Shown here in pieces: positions 1-10,234 of a stretch of DNA of 49,168 bases; position 1 is the first letter of the stretch; each line of letters starts with the position of its first letter. The notes below the pieces were generated by a model. The model saw nothing but the letters and a program-made list of their open reading frames with translations, had not been told where the DNA came from and made no database searches. Position numbers and translations under genes: made by a program. The stretch lies in the IMG/VR virus record IMGVR_UViG_2565956718_000004. One strand, written 5' to 3'. Source of the stretch: a virus. Its lineage: Duplodnaviria > Heunggongvirae > Uroviricota > Caudoviricetes.

Positions 1-117
1 CACCGTGTTCACCAGTACCGTGGTGCTGTTACGCTTTGCCTTCAGTTGAATAGTGCAGTTCTGTATTGGTTTTCCCGCACCATCTTTCAGCACACCTGAG
101 ATTTTTACTGCTGCCAT
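1..117 (-). CDS. stf: side tail fibre protein Stf, N-terminal fragment (gene continues past window start)
   Basis: Minus-strand ATG at 115-117; translation MAAVKISGVLKDGAGKPIQNCTIQLKAKRNSTTVLVNTV resembles the lambda Stf N-terminus from memory; open to the window edge. Confidence 0.6.
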   Translation of the reverse strand, partial: MAAVKISGVLKDGAGKPIQNCTIQLKAKRNSTTVLVNTV

Positions 118-128
118 ATCCACTCCAC

Positions 129-154
129 AAAAAAGCCCGCCTGAACCGGCGGGC
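129..154 (-). terminator. intrinsic terminator downstream of lom
   Basis: Hairpin GCCCGCC/GGCGGGC with 6-nt loop followed by a T6 run on the minus strand. Confidence 0.55.
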
Positions 155-181
155 TGTCATAACACTGTGTTACCTGGCTAA

Positions 182-781
182 TCAGAACTTATAACCGACA
201 CCCACGATGAAACCGTCAGTGCGCCAGTCGCCACTGCCGGAGCCTTCATAAGCAATATCAATGGCCACGGATTCGGTCGGGTTAAACTGCACGCCAGCTC
301 CCCACGCCAGAGACGTGTTGCTGTGGCGATCGTCATCACTTCCGGTCAGCACATCGTGCGTTTTCCCCTTGTTGTCAGTTACGCGGAGATAATCCCCGGA
401 GAACGTCGAAACACGGCTGTAAGCCACACCTGCCATCGCATAAGCACTGAACCATTCATTCACGCGTACAGATGGCCCCGCCATCATGCTGAACCAGCGG
501 TTACGCACTGAATCTTCATGCCAGCGGGTATCGCTGTAATGCGTTTTTTGCTCATCTTTGGCATTGGCATAACTGAATGACGTCACCAGCCCCAGCGTGT
601 CCGTAAATTCATAACGGTATTTCACGTTAATGCCCTTCAGGTCATCACTGCCTGGCATATCAGTATGGGTCTGAAGATACCCGGCGCTTAGTGTGGACTG
701 ATGCTCTGCTGCGCTCGCTGGCGTACCAGCGGCAACCAGCCAGACTACTGCGGACAGAATAACAGCACATAATTTACGCAT
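182..781 (-). CDS. lom: outer membrane protein Lom (Ail/Lom/PagC family)
   Basis: 199-aa ORF with signal peptide and beta-barrel-like sequence ending GVGYKF; RBS GAGAGG; sits after J as in lambda. Confidence 0.9.
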   Translation of the reverse strand: MRKLCAVILSAVVWLVAAGTPASAAEHQSTLSAGYLQTHTDMPGSDDLKGINVKYRYEFTDTLGLVTSFSYANAKDEQKTHYSDTRWHEDSVRNRWFSMMAGPSVRVNEWFSAYAMAGVAYSRVSTFSGDYLRVTDNKGKTHDVLTGSDDDRHSNTSLAWGAGVQFNPTESVAIDIAYEGSGSGDWRTDGFIVGVGYKF

Positions 782-804
782 AATTACCTCTCGCTTTTCT
801 GCAA

Positions 805-829
805 TAAAAAAGGCACCATTTCTGGTGCC
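805..829 (-). terminator. intrinsic terminator between J and lom
   Basis: Minus-strand hairpin GGCACC-AGAAAT-GGTGCC followed by TTTTTTATT. Confidence 0.55.
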
Positions 830-848
830 CGTATCTGGGTTATAAAAT

Positions 849-3800
849 TCAGCTAATCGTGATGCCTGTAGTGGCTTTCTTCATCACCACAACCAGCAAA
901 TCGCTGATACTTGCTGTGGGATACCAGTCATTTACCAGCCATGCTGACACCGAAAACTCCAGCGTCATGTGACCGTGACCGGCAGGCATATCAATAACGC
1001 CACTGTAAATCAGCGTATTATCCAGCGCGGTACGGTTATAAATTTCAGCACCGTTTTTCCGCACTATCAGACGGCATGAGGAGTAAATATCAGTATGCTC
1101 TCTCTCATGCTTAGCGCCACTGAATGCCACAGCCGGAATAACAATTTGCCGGTCAAACGGCTGATCGTCATAAACCCTGACGGTAATGGTCCCTGATGGC
1201 CACCGCTCCGGTGCCCGGGAGTCACGGGGGAAAGCTTTGCCCACTGTTTTAACGAGATCGCCTTCAATCTGGTTCGCGGACAGTTTTCCCAGAACCCGGC
1301 AGTTCTCGTTAATCGTGACGTTGTTGAGCGTCCCGGAGTTCGCATTCACGTTACCGCTGATATCGGCATTTTTCGCCGTCAGCCGCCCGTCCGGTGTCAG
1401 GGAAAATGCCGGAGGATTACCGCCGCTGGTAATGGTGGGGGCCGTCAGGCGCTTCAGGAACACGTCGTTCATGAATATCTGGTTGCCCTGCGCCACAAAC
1501 ATCGGCGTTTCATTCCCGTTTGCCGGGTCAATAAACGCGATACGGTTAGCGGCAACCAGGAACTGGCTCAGTTTGCCTTCCTCCGTATCCTCCATGCTGA
1601 GGCCAAGCCCCGCGACATAATGTTTGCCGTCTTTGGTCTGCTCAATTTTGACGCCCCACATGGCATTCCATTTATCGTTGGCGTCCTTCCACTCTTTCGA
1701 AAACTCCTCCAGTTTGCTGGCGTTATCTTCCGTCAGCTCAAAGTTTTCCAGCAGTTCCTTGCCGAGATGCGTTTTATTGATCAACCCTTTATAAAAATTC
1801 AGATAACCTTCCGCATCATCGCTCGCCCGACCAACGGCCTCCACAAATGCCGATTTACCAACGGTGTTCACGCTGCGGATATAAAAGTAATAATCATAAC
1901 CCGGCTTAATATTGCTACTGGCGGCTATACAGTACAGCGCCGTACCAAGATAACGCGCGCTGGTTTCAACCTGCCTGATATCCGCAATCCGCTTTTCCGA
2001 GAACCAGAACTCAAACTGTACCGTCGGGTCATAAACGGCAAGATGCGGCGTGGCGGTTATCTGAAAATAGCCCGGCGTCAGCTCAATCCGCGACGGTGCT
2101 GCCGGTGCGGCAATCCGGAAGGTGGTGGTGGCAGGTTCACCCTGCTGGCCATAGCTGTTTATCGCCCGCACCGTCAGGGTGTATTCCCCGAGCGGCAGGC
2201 CGCTGAAACGGTGCTCCGTGTCTGCGGTGATGGCGGTGGTCACCAGTCTGGCATCCGTTCCCTTACCACTGGTCAGGCGCAGACTGAAGCGCACGCCCTT
2301 CACCACCCGCGGCGTGTCCCATTTAGCCTGCGCCAGATACTGGCCGTCAGCTGCGCTCACCTCCACCGTCAGGTGCTGTACTGCCGGTGGGATGACGCTG
2401 TTCAGGGAGCCTGACTGCGGCTCAAAGCGGGCACCGTTATCCACGATGGCTTCTTTTTCCGGTACGTGCTGCACCGCCGTGATGGCAAAGGTGCCGTCCG
2501 TGTTTTCCCGGATGGAGACACAGCGGAACAGGCGACGGCGCAGTGACGGCAGGGAGAGTCCCCACACCCCGTATGTCTCCACACCATCAGGCAGGGTACT
2601 GACCTGTATCCGGTCCGGCGCGGGGTGTTCGGTGATGTCCACACTCACTGGCTTACCGCTGCCGTTAATCAGGTTCACCGTGGCGGCACCGGTCTCCGGA
2701 AGTGTCACTTCACGGTCCAGCGTCAGGGTGCGGGTGGCAGCATCAATGGACAGGACACGTCCGCCGGTCAGGGTCCCGGCATAGTCGTTATCACAGATTT
2801 CAATGATGTCACCGGGTGTGTGCCGCAGCCCCTGAGACCCGAGCGTGAAATCCACCGTCTGCGTTTCCAGCAGTTCGGTCTTTATCACCCACAGTCCGGC
2901 ACGGTGGGCCTGACCGCGGCTGGTACAGCCGAACGCGTCCATCTTCAGCAGGTTGCGTCCGTAGCGCAGTATGGCTTCCGGGTCTTCCACCAGTTCCGTG
3001 GAGGTCTGCCAGCCGTTCTGCGGGTCGGTGTAATTCACCTCCACCGCCGTGTGCCGGTCCTTCAGGGCACTGAAGCTGTAGCGGAATCCCACGCCGTTAT
3101 CATCCACCACCACATCGCTGTTGGTGTACGGCCACACCACATCCGACGGGCGGTCCTGAACGAACGTCAGCGTCTGACCGTTCCATACCGGCATACAGCG
3201 CATCGCAGAGCAGAAATCACTGAGAACGTCCCACGCCTTACGCTGTTGTGCCAGGTACGCATTAAAGGTCATCCGCGGCTCGGTCCCCCCGAAACCATCC
3301 GGGACCGTCTGATCGCAGTACTGCCCGATGGCATACAGCGCCCACTTGTCCACATCCGCCGCCTCCAGACGTTTTCCCATGCCGTAGCGCGGGTGAGTCA
3401 GCATGTCCCACAGGCACCAGGCCGGGTTGTTGCTGTATGCCGGTTTCAGACTGCCGTCCCAGATACCACTGTACGTGCGTTTTTCCGGGTCATAGTTTGA
3501 CGGCACCTGGATGATACGACCGCGGATATGGTAGTTCACCGTCATCTGCTGGCCGCCGAACTGCTCCGCATCCACCTGCAGCCCCACAATGGCCGTGTTC
3601 GGGTAGCACTGTTTCACATCGATGATTTCGGTGTATGACGACCACAGCGTCTTATTCTGCAGCTGGTCCGTGGTGCTGTCCGCCGTCTCCCTGACCATCC
3701 GGATGTTAAAGGGCCGGGGAGGCAGATTATCCAGAATCACCGAGGCCAGGAACTGTGAGGTGGTCTTGCCGTTAATGGTGACGTCCTTTTCCGTCACCCA

Positions 3801-4238
3801 GCGGCCATTACGCTGTAACTGAATCAGAATCCGGACAGAGGAAGGATTACGGTCGCCCTTTGACGTGGTCTGCACCAGTGACTGCACCCCGAAGGTAACC
3901 CGCAGGCGGTCAATGTTCGCGGACGTAATGGTGCGCGTCACCGGTTTTGCCTTCGTCACTTCCACGCCCAGTCCGGTTTCAGCTCCGGAGGACTCAAAGC
4001 CTTCCGGTGGTGTCTGCTCCTGCTCCCCGGCGCGCCAGACCGCCGTCACACCGTGTATCACGGGATTGCCGTCCGTGTCCGTCAGTGGGGTTTTGTTCAC
4101 CAGAATACTCTGCAGTCCCTTCACCGGACCTTCTATCGGTCCCTCACCAATCGCATCAATCACACTCATCATCTGCGTGGATTTGAGATTATCCTTCGCC
4201 TCACGAGGCGTGTGTGCCTTACCGCCACCTTTTCCCAT
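849..4238 (-). CDS. J: central tail fibre / host specificity protein J
   Basis: 1129-aa ORF; N-terminus [22 protein letters not shown] and most of the length are lambda-J-like; C-terminal ~150 aa diverge. Confidence 0.95.
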   Translation of the reverse strand: MGKGGGKAHTPREAKDNLKSTQMMSVIDAIGEGPIEGPVKGLQSILVNKTPLTDTDGNPVIHGVTAVWRAGEQEQTPPEGFESSGAETGLGVEVTKAKPVTRTITSANIDRLRVTFGVQSLVQTTSKGDRNPSSVRILIQLQRNGRWVTEKDVTINGKTTSQFLASVILDNLPPRPFNIRMVRETADSTTDQLQNKTLWSSYTEIIDVKQCYPNTAIVGLQVDAEQFGGQQMTVNYHIRGRIIQVPSNYDPEKRTYSGIWDGSLKPAYSNNPAWCLWDMLTHPRYGMGKRLEAADVDKWALYAIGQYCDQTVPDGFGGTEPRMTFNAYLAQQRKAWDVLSDFCSAMRCMPVWNGQTLTFVQDRPSDVVWPYTNSDVVVDDNGVGFRYSFSALKDRHTAVEVNYTDPQNGWQTSTELVEDPEAILRYGRNLLKMDAFGCTSRGQAHRAGLWVIKTELLETQTVDFTLGSQGLRHTPGDIIEICDNDYAGTLTGGRVLSIDAATRTLTLDREVTLPETGAATVNLINGSGKPVSVDITEHPAPDRIQVSTLPDGVETYGVWGLSLPSLRRRLFRCVSIRENTDGTFAITAVQHVPEKEAIVDNGARFEPQSGSLNSVIPPAVQHLTVEVSAADGQYLAQAKWDTPRVVKGVRFSLRLTSGKGTDARLVTTAITADTEHRFSGLPLGEYTLTVRAINSYGQQGEPATTTFRIAAPAAPSRIELTPGYFQITATPHLAVYDPTVQFEFWFSEKRIADIRQVETSARYLGTALYCIAASSNIKPGYDYYFYIRSVNTVGKSAFVEAVGRASDDAEGYLNFYKGLINKTHLGKELLENFELTEDNASKLEEFSKEWKDANDKWNAMWGVKIEQTKDGKHYVAGLGLSMEDTEEGKLSQFLVAANRIAFIDPANGNETPMFVAQGNQIFMNDVFLKRLTAPTITSGGNPPAFSLTPDGRLTAKNADISGNVNANSGTLNNVTINENCRVLGKLSANQIEGDLVKTVGKAFPRDSRAPERWPSGTITVRVYDDQPFDRQIVIPAVAFSGAKHEREHTDIYSSCRLIVRKNGAEIYNRTALDNTLIYSGVIDMPAGHGHMTLEFSVSAWLVNDWYPTASISDLLVVVMKKATTGITIS

Positions 4239-4443
4239 ACAGCCTTCCCCTGAATAAATTAACCGCCACTTGCCATTCCGTACAGAAGTCGGATATCCTT
4301 CGCCCGAAAAGCATGAAACACATTTCTGCCATGCTAAAGAGAAACCCCGGTATCAGCAGATACCGGGGTTTTCTTTCATGCCCACCGATAATCCTGTTGG
4401 TTAAAACCGGTAATGGCATAAAAATTCTGAATATCTTCACATT

Positions 4444-4576
4444 TTCACACACTGACTGTGGCGCTTATAATTTCGCTGCGTTAGTGTTTTTTTGCCCGAG
4501 TAACAAAAACAACTCCTTAACATTGATCTTCATTTGTCTGTCCCCGCAGCTCCGCGATCACTGCGGGATTTTTTTA
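4444..4576 (+). ncRNA. candidate small RNA unit (promoter to terminator) in the I-J intergenic insert
   Basis: TTCACA (4444-4449), 16-bp spacer, perfect TATAAT (4466-4471), then hairpin CCCGCAG/CTGCGGG plus T8 at 4543-4576; no ATG-initiated ORF between them. Confidence 0.35.
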
Positions 4577-4580
4577 TGTT

Positions 4581-5261
4581 TTATCCCTGTCGCCCGATAA
4601 CCACGACCGTTCCGCCCCCGCCTTCATCACGGGTGCTGATGTCCTGGGATATACGGCGGGAGCCAACCAGCATTTCCCCGTAAGGCACCGGCATCGGGTT
4701 CCCCTGGGCAATCATGTTATCCAGCGAGGAAAAGTACGTGTTCTGTCTGCCGTTATCCGTTGCGCGGTAATCCGGTGTTTTTGCCTTCGGGGCCAGCATC
4801 TGGGCCACACCGCCCAGAATCATGCTGGCTCCAAGTGAAAACAGCATCGTGGTGGCAGAAAAACCACCGGCTGCCAGGGCTGAACCCCATAACGCCATTG
4901 ATGCCCCGGCAGTGAAGAAAGAGCCCACGATGGCTGCCGCCCCCAGCACAATCTGCAGTCCACCCTTTCCGGCCCCGGCCAGTCGCGGCACAATATGGAT
5001 GACCGTTCCCTCACCCAGCTGTTCGTGAAGACGGGCGTACACCGCCTCCGGTGCCGTGTCATAACCGGCAATACGTATCTGGTACCAGCCTTCGTTCATC
5101 TGACGGCGAAAGCCCGGCACCTGTAACGACAGCGCCCGGATGGCTTCCGCTGCCGTGTTCACATACAGGCTGAGGCGGCGGCCAAATCGTTGTAAATCCC
5201 CGTGAAGGCAGATGCGTGCCAGTGGCGGTGACGCCAGACAGAATGCGTTCGTCGTTGCCAT
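4581..5261 (-). CDS. I: tail assembly protein I
   Basis: 226-aa ORF; N-terminus MATTNAFCLASPPLARICLHGDLQRFGRR and hydrophobic C-terminal half match lambda I. Confidence 0.9.
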   Translation of the reverse strand: MATTNAFCLASPPLARICLHGDLQRFGRRLSLYVNTAAEAIRALSLQVPGFRRQMNEGWYQIRIAGYDTAPEAVYARLHEQLGEGTVIHIVPRLAGAGKGGLQIVLGAAAIVGSFFTAGASMALWGSALAAGGFSATTMLFSLGASMILGGVAQMLAPKAKTPDYRATDNGRQNTYFSSLDNMIAQGNPMPVPYGEMLVGSRRISQDISTRDEGGGGTVVVIGRQG

Positions 5262-5902
5262 TTTTCGGAATACCTCTCCCGTTTACTCAGTTGTTCAGGC
5301 AGATGGTGAAGCAGCTCACCGTTGCCGCAGTAAATGGCGGCATGGTTCGGTACCGAAGCACCAAAGCAGCACAGCAGAATATCGCCCGCCTGTGCAGAGG
5401 ACAGGGGCACCCGGTAAAAGCCGGTGACCGCCATATTGTCCAGGTACAGGTTCTGGCCGTTGCGCCACCAGTCATCCTCGCGATGAAAATCCGGCATATC
5501 AATTCCCGCCAGATGGTATGCATCCCGGAACAGCGTGTAACAGTCCGTCACCCCGTGCTCAAAGCGCCGTCCTGTCAGATGTGGCACACAGCGGAATTTA
5601 TGAATTTCCCCCCGGCAGACCAGCCACCAGGGCAGTGCGCTTTTTATCTGCAGCCGCCGGTCAGCCTCGCTCAGCCAGGGCAGCTCACCGGGATGACTGT
5701 GGACCAGTGCCACAATCTCCCCCTGCATCTCTGCCCGCAGCCAGTCTTCCGGTGCGATACGAAAATACGCCTCCGGCTCTGCGGAAATATTCACACAAGG
5801 GATATACCGCTCCCCCTCCGGCGTGCTTATCACGAAGCCGCACGACTCCGCAGGCGCACACCGCCGGGCATGCGCCAGAATCGCTGATTCAGTCTGTGTC
5901 AT
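5159..5902 (-). CDS. K: tail tip assembly protein K (JAMM/MPN-like HSHP motif plus NlpC/P60-like Cys/His)
   Basis: Start set at internal MTQTESAIL directly after the L stop; longer track ORF is a run-on; 3' end overlaps I by ~100 nt, so boundaries are uncertain. Confidence 0.75.
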   Translation of the reverse strand: MTQTESAILAHARRCAPAESCGFVISTPEGERYIPCVNISAEPEAYFRIAPEDWLRAEMQGEIVALVHSHPGELPWLSEADRRLQIKSALPWWLVCRGEIHKFRCVPHLTGRRFEHGVTDCYTLFRDAYHLAGIDMPDFHREDDWWRNGQNLYLDNMAVTGFYRVPLSSAQAGDILLCCFGASVPNHAAIYCGNGELLHHLPEQLSKRERYSEKWQRRTHSVWRHRHWHASAFTGIYNDLAAASACM

Positions 5903-5912
5903 AAACCGGGAT

Positions 5913-6611
5913 TTACTGCGAAAGTTTATTAATGGAAAGGAAACCGCCAAAATTGCCGACATTCCTGCGCAGTTCACACCCGCGCATGCACTTGCTGCAT
6001 CTGTCCTTACGGATATCCGTGGTGGGTTTATCGAACTCATCCGCCACAGCCCCGCCCGTGTAACCACACTCATCAGAGCGGTAGGTCCACATACAGGTGT
6101 TCGCCAGCATGATACGACCGGGAAACTGCGCTCCGTCCGTCTCGGTCGGTGTGGCCAGCACAAACGAGGCCGTCATGGCTGTCAGCTGCGACATCTGCTC
6201 CACCACCCAGCGGTCGCTCAGCTCCTGCTCCGGGTCCGCTTCCGGATTGCCCGCCACAAAATTCACCGCATCCAGAAAACGGGCATACACCCGGCGGCGG
6301 ACCACCGTGGCCCCCACCAGACTCTGCAGGTCTTCCGCCATCCCGGTGACAAGGCCGAACAGATTGGACACCGTCAGCGACGGTCTGGCACTGCTGCCTT
6401 TCCCGTTCATTTCAAAGCCGCTGCCATCAATCGGGTACGCCTCATACTTACGCCCCTGCCAGGTGACCGGCTCCCCTTTTTCATTCAGCTCATTACAGAA
6501 AAAATACCGCTCACCGCCCTGTACCGTCAGGTCGATTTCCCAGAGTACCACCCGCGGTGACTGCTCTGATTTAACCGACTCGTTCAGACTTTCTTCGTGA
6601 ATATCCTGCAT
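5913..6611 (-). CDS. L: minor tail protein L
   Basis: 232-aa ORF with a C-terminal Cys cluster typical of lambda L; position between M and K. Confidence 0.9.
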   Translation of the reverse strand: MQDIHEESLNESVKSEQSPRVVLWEIDLTVQGGERYFFCNELNEKGEPVTWQGRKYEAYPIDGSGFEMNGKGSSARPSLTVSNLFGLVTGMAEDLQSLVGATVVRRRVYARFLDAVNFVAGNPEADPEQELSDRWVVEQMSQLTAMTASFVLATPTETDGAQFPGRIMLANTCMWTYRSDECGYTGGAVADEFDKPTTDIRKDRCSKCMRGCELRRNVGNFGGFLSINKLSQ

Positions 6612-6952
6612 CAGTTCACCACCTGCTCAATCGTACAACTGAAATCACTGTACCTGGCGTTATCTGTGACGCTCCACTCCCGGCATACCACCCTCACCGT
6701 CCGGTTATGTTTCGGCGGTCGCCACAAAAAGGCACGGTAACCACCATGCCACGATAAAAACTCTTCCAGCCATCGCCGGGTCGCCTCATCCGTCACCCGG
6801 AACACCGCCTGAAACGTCTTCAGTCGGGCATTAAGTCCCGTCGGGCGGCGCTGTTCATAACCGTCACCAAACCGTACCCTCGCCACCGACGGTTTCTCAC
6901 TCACCTGCATCCCTTCACGCGGGACCAGATGCAGCGTTTTTATCTCAGCCAC
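6611..6952 (-). CDS. M: minor tail protein M
   Basis: 113-aa ORF immediately downstream of the tape measure gene, overlapping start/stop as in lambda. Confidence 0.85.
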   Translation of the reverse strand: MAEIKTLHLVPREGMQVSEKPSVARVRFGDGYEQRRPTGLNARLKTFQAVFRVTDEATRRWLEEFLSWHGGYRAFLWRPPKHNRTVRVVCREWSVTDNARYSDFSCTIEQVVN

Positions 6953-9900
6953 TCAGCATTCCTCCGTCACGTCGCATGGACAGCATCACCGCCTGCACCC
7001 GCTGGTCAATCAGTTGCACAAGGCTGCCCGCAGCTTCCGGCCCTATCTGGCCATTAGTCCCGTCATTCTGAATGGCGATATGGTAGACCGGGGAATACAC
7101 CAGACCTGCACTGCCGTTCATACTGCCCACCGCTCGCACACCCAGCGAGCCATCCGCCGCCCGGGTCAGGGGCATAATGGCTTCAGGACCGGCCTCCCCC
7201 ATCAGTCCCGCCCCTTTTGCAAAGGCAAAGTACGTGGGCGTATCCACAATACTGTTGCTGTACGCACTCAGGTTTGCCGAGGTATACACCCCGCCTTTTG
7301 CATTGGCCACCGCACCGCCCAGCCAGCTACCAATACTGCCGATAAATCCTCCCGCTCCGGACATACTGTTTGCCGCCGTCTTGATCCCGTTGACAATCGC
7401 GGCATTCATAAGAACTTTTGATATTTCCTGCAGCACTGATGAGGCCCAGCTGCGCCATTCCACTTTATTTCCGTTCAGCATCTCCGTGATGTTATTCACC
7501 ATCCCTGAGATACCCTCCGTCGCCAGCTGTGCTGCCTGTGAGGCGTAATCGGACGCATTATCCACCCAGTTACTGAATCCCTCCTGCAGCCCTTTCTGCC
7601 AGTCCGCACGCTGCACATCCGATTCGGCATAAAAGGCTTCCTGCTCTTTCAGACGTTCACTCAGATACTGCGCGTTCTGTGCCAGAGCCTGTCTGTAAAA
7701 ATCCTCACTGATATCCCCGGTCTGATACTGAGACTGAAGGTCCGCATCCTTCTGGCGGAAACTGTCGCGGATCTGCTGCAACTCCCGCATGCGTTCACGG
7801 AGCCGCTCTCCCTGCCCGTACCCCAGCAGTTCCGCTTCATTTGATGCACGCGCAGCCACATTATCATTCTTCAGGGTCTCTTCCCGGGACCGCAACTGCT
7901 CCCGGATTTTTTGCTGGTCAATCAGGGCCGCATTGCGCAGCAGTTCCTGCTTCTGCATCTCCGTCAGGGTTTTCAGTTCGCCCTGCGCAGTCTGGTATTT
8001 CAGCTTCGCCAGCTCTGTATTCTGCCCCGCAAGTGCCAATTGCTCTTTCTGCTGCTTCAGCAGCCGGGAAAAACTGTCTTCCGCTTTTTCCGTCTCTGAT
8101 TTTCCACCCCGGGATTTGGGTTTATTCGCCTCGTTATTGCGCCAGGCTTCCAGGGCATTACTGATATAACGTTGTCTCGCCTCCTGATACGGTTCACCCA
8201 CAAAACCGAGGTCATCCGCCGCATACCCCAGTCGGACACGCTCTTTTTCTTCCCCTTTCAGTCTGGACAGGGCCAGCTCACGCTCTGTTTTTGTCAGGGC
8301 ACTCTGCTGTTTATCATCCAGAGTGGCCTGTGGCAGCCGTAACGGCACATTCACCAGTCCCTGCCGCTGCTGAAGCAGTTCATTACCCAGCCCCAGCAGA
8401 CGGTTGAATTCCGTATGCTGACCGTTCATAACCAGCATGGACTGGTACACCTTATTCTGCTCTGCCGCCTGCTGACGAATTAACGCCACACGACGGTCTT
8501 CCAGCCCGGCAAGCACATCCTGAATGGACTGCGCTTTTTCCTGCATCTGTGCCAGACGGGACTGCTCAACGGCAAGCTGCTCTGTTGCCTGAGAAAGCCC
8601 TTCCGTCACGGTCTTCACCGATGTCAGATGGTTTATCATGAATCCGTCACCGGTTGTCCAGCCAGGGTTAGCCAGAACATACTGATATCCAGCGATTTTT
8701 TCCTGCAGGGATTTCACCCGGCTGGCCTGTTCATCAATCAGCCGGTTCTGCTCTGCCAGCGCCGCCCGTGTTCGTCCTTCATTATCTGAGGCTTCAGGCA
8801 AAGACATTGACGGCGTTTTATGCGCGATTTCATCTATCGTCAGTGCATACTGGCGCGCTGACTCCCTGGCCTGCTCCTGATTCTGGTACAGCGTATACCA
8901 TGCTGCTGCCCCCAGCATCACCAGTCCGGGTACGCCACCAACCAGTCCCAACGCACCAGTCATCAGACGTGAGCCCACCGCCGTTGTACTGTTCAGCGCA
9001 TTCTGGGCTGCGGTTCTGGCAGCAATATTTCTGTTCAGGCGTTCCTGTGTGGCCGCCAGACGGGCTTCTGCAGCAATCTGCATCTCCGTCCCGCGGGCTG
9101 CCGCCACAGCCTGCTGTGCACGGTACACGGCTGCCCTTGCCCGCGCCGTGGCAATCTGCGTCCCCCTGAGCTGTGCTTCCGCCAGTGCCACTTCATTACG
9201 TGCTGCCGTCACAAGTCCTGCCGTGACAGACACCGCTCCGGAGGCCATATTGCCAAAGTACCGGGCAACCCCGACGGCAACCAGCGCCCCCGCGGCTGTT
9301 GCCACATTATCAATATTACCGGCAACACCGTTCAGCACGCCGGAGAGCGTTTTCGTCGCTCCGCTGGCTTCATTCGCGCCACCCACCCAGGCCATAAAGG
9401 CGTTTTCCACCTTTGTGATCCCGTCAGAGACCGTTTCCGGCATGGCGGCATATTCATCACGCAATACCCCCAGCTGGCTGATTAACGCAGGAACGACTTT
9501 ATCCGCCGTCAGTTTGCCGTCGTCCGCCATCGCCTTAAGGTCTTTACGGGCCACGCCCATACCCGCAGCCAGTGCACGTACGATCCGGTCTCCGCTTTCA
9601 TTGACCGAATTAAATTCCTCACCGCGTAACACACCCTGTGCCAGCGCCTGGCTGAACTGGGTGATCACCGAGCCCGCCTCTGCCGTACTGGCACCGGAGA
9701 TTTTCAGCCCCGTGGAAATGGCCTCCGTCACCTTCAGCACATCATCAGCACTGTAACCATATTCACGCATTGAGGCTGCCGAGCGGGCAAACAGGGCCGC
9801 ATTATCTGAAAATGCCGTGCCCGTCCGCTGGCTGATATCCATCAGCACTTTCTGTGATGACGAAAATTCATCGGATGACTGCGACGCCTGTTTCAGTCGG

Positions 9901-10187
9901 GCATTCACGGAACTCCATTCATCGGCCAGAGAAATCAGGTGTCCGGTGGCAAAGGCACCTGCAAATGCCCCCGCCGTTCCGGCAGCTGAAGCGCGGATTT
10001 CCGTCAACTGGCTGTTCAGCTCAGCCAGGGCGCGTCGCTGCTCCCGGGCGACTGCGGCAGCCTGACGCCCGCCATTCTGCAGGGTCCGGTAATATTCACT
10101 GCCCATGCGGGAAGCCCGCTGGATCTCCGACTGGAATGACTGCGAATTTGCCGAAATTTTGATAATCAGTTCACGTAACGTCGCCAT
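6945..10187 (-). CDS. H: tail tape measure protein
   Basis: 1080-aa ORF, Ala/Gln-rich and coiled-coil-like, lying between G/T and M. Confidence 0.9.
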   Translation of the reverse strand: MATLRELIIKISANSQSFQSEIQRASRMGSEYYRTLQNGGRQAAAVAREQRRALAELNSQLTEIRASAAGTAGAFAGAFATGHLISLADEWSSVNARLKQASQSSDEFSSSQKVLMDISQRTGTAFSDNAALFARSAASMREYGYSADDVLKVTEAISTGLKISGASTAEAGSVITQFSQALAQGVLRGEEFNSVNESGDRIVRALAAGMGVARKDLKAMADDGKLTADKVVPALISQLGVLRDEYAAMPETVSDGITKVENAFMAWVGGANEASGATKTLSGVLNGVAGNIDNVATAAGALVAVGVARYFGNMASGAVSVTAGLVTAARNEVALAEAQLRGTQIATARARAAVYRAQQAVAAARGTEMQIAAEARLAATQERLNRNIAARTAAQNALNSTTAVGSRLMTGALGLVGGVPGLVMLGAAAWYTLYQNQEQARESARQYALTIDEIAHKTPSMSLPEASDNEGRTRAALAEQNRLIDEQASRVKSLQEKIAGYQYVLANPGWTTGDGFMINHLTSVKTVTEGLSQATEQLAVEQSRLAQMQEKAQSIQDVLAGLEDRRVALIRQQAAEQNKVYQSMLVMNGQHTEFNRLLGLGNELLQQRQGLVNVPLRLPQATLDDKQQSALTKTERELALSRLKGEEKERVRLGYAADDLGFVGEPYQEARQRYISNALEAWRNNEANKPKSRGGKSETEKAEDSFSRLLKQQKEQLALAGQNTELAKLKYQTAQGELKTLTEMQKQELLRNAALIDQQKIREQLRSREETLKNDNVAARASNEAELLGYGQGERLRERMRELQQIRDSFRQKDADLQSQYQTGDISEDFYRQALAQNAQYLSERLKEQEAFYAESDVQRADWQKGLQEGFSNWVDNASDYASQAAQLATEGISGMVNNITEMLNGNKVEWRSWASSVLQEISKVLMNAAIVNGIKTAANSMSGAGGFIGSIGSWLGGAVANAKGGVYTSANLSAYSNSIVDTPTYFAFAKGAGLMGEAGPEAIMPLTRAADGSLGVRAVGSMNGSAGLVYSPVYHIAIQNDGTNGQIGPEAAGSLVQLIDQRVQAVMLSMRRDGGMLSG

Positions 10188-10234
10188 TCACCTTTCTCCG
10201 GGCGTAAAAAAACCGCCTCAGCGGTTCTCATCAT

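Noticed and set aside
1620-3500. Long plus-strand ORFs (1620-2414, 2179-2784, 2625-3500) antisense to the J gene
   Set aside because: They lie fully inside the J coding sequence on the opposite strand, have unusual amino-acid composition and no RBS; shadow ORFs of a GC-rich gene.
4214-4600. 128-aa plus-strand ORF spanning the I-J intergenic insert
   Set aside because: Runs through two hairpin terminators and a promoter-like element and has no RBS; the region is better explained as non-coding.
5216-6560. Plus-strand ORFs 5216-5887, 5518-5904, 5823-6560 and 6097-6600 overlapping K and L
   Set aside because: Antisense to well-supported tail genes, Arg/Pro-rich, no start context; treated as non-coding.
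7014-10162. Multiple plus-strand ORFs within the tape measure gene (e.g. 9049-9756)
   Set aside because: Ala/Ser-rich reverse-frame artefacts of the tape measure coding sequence.
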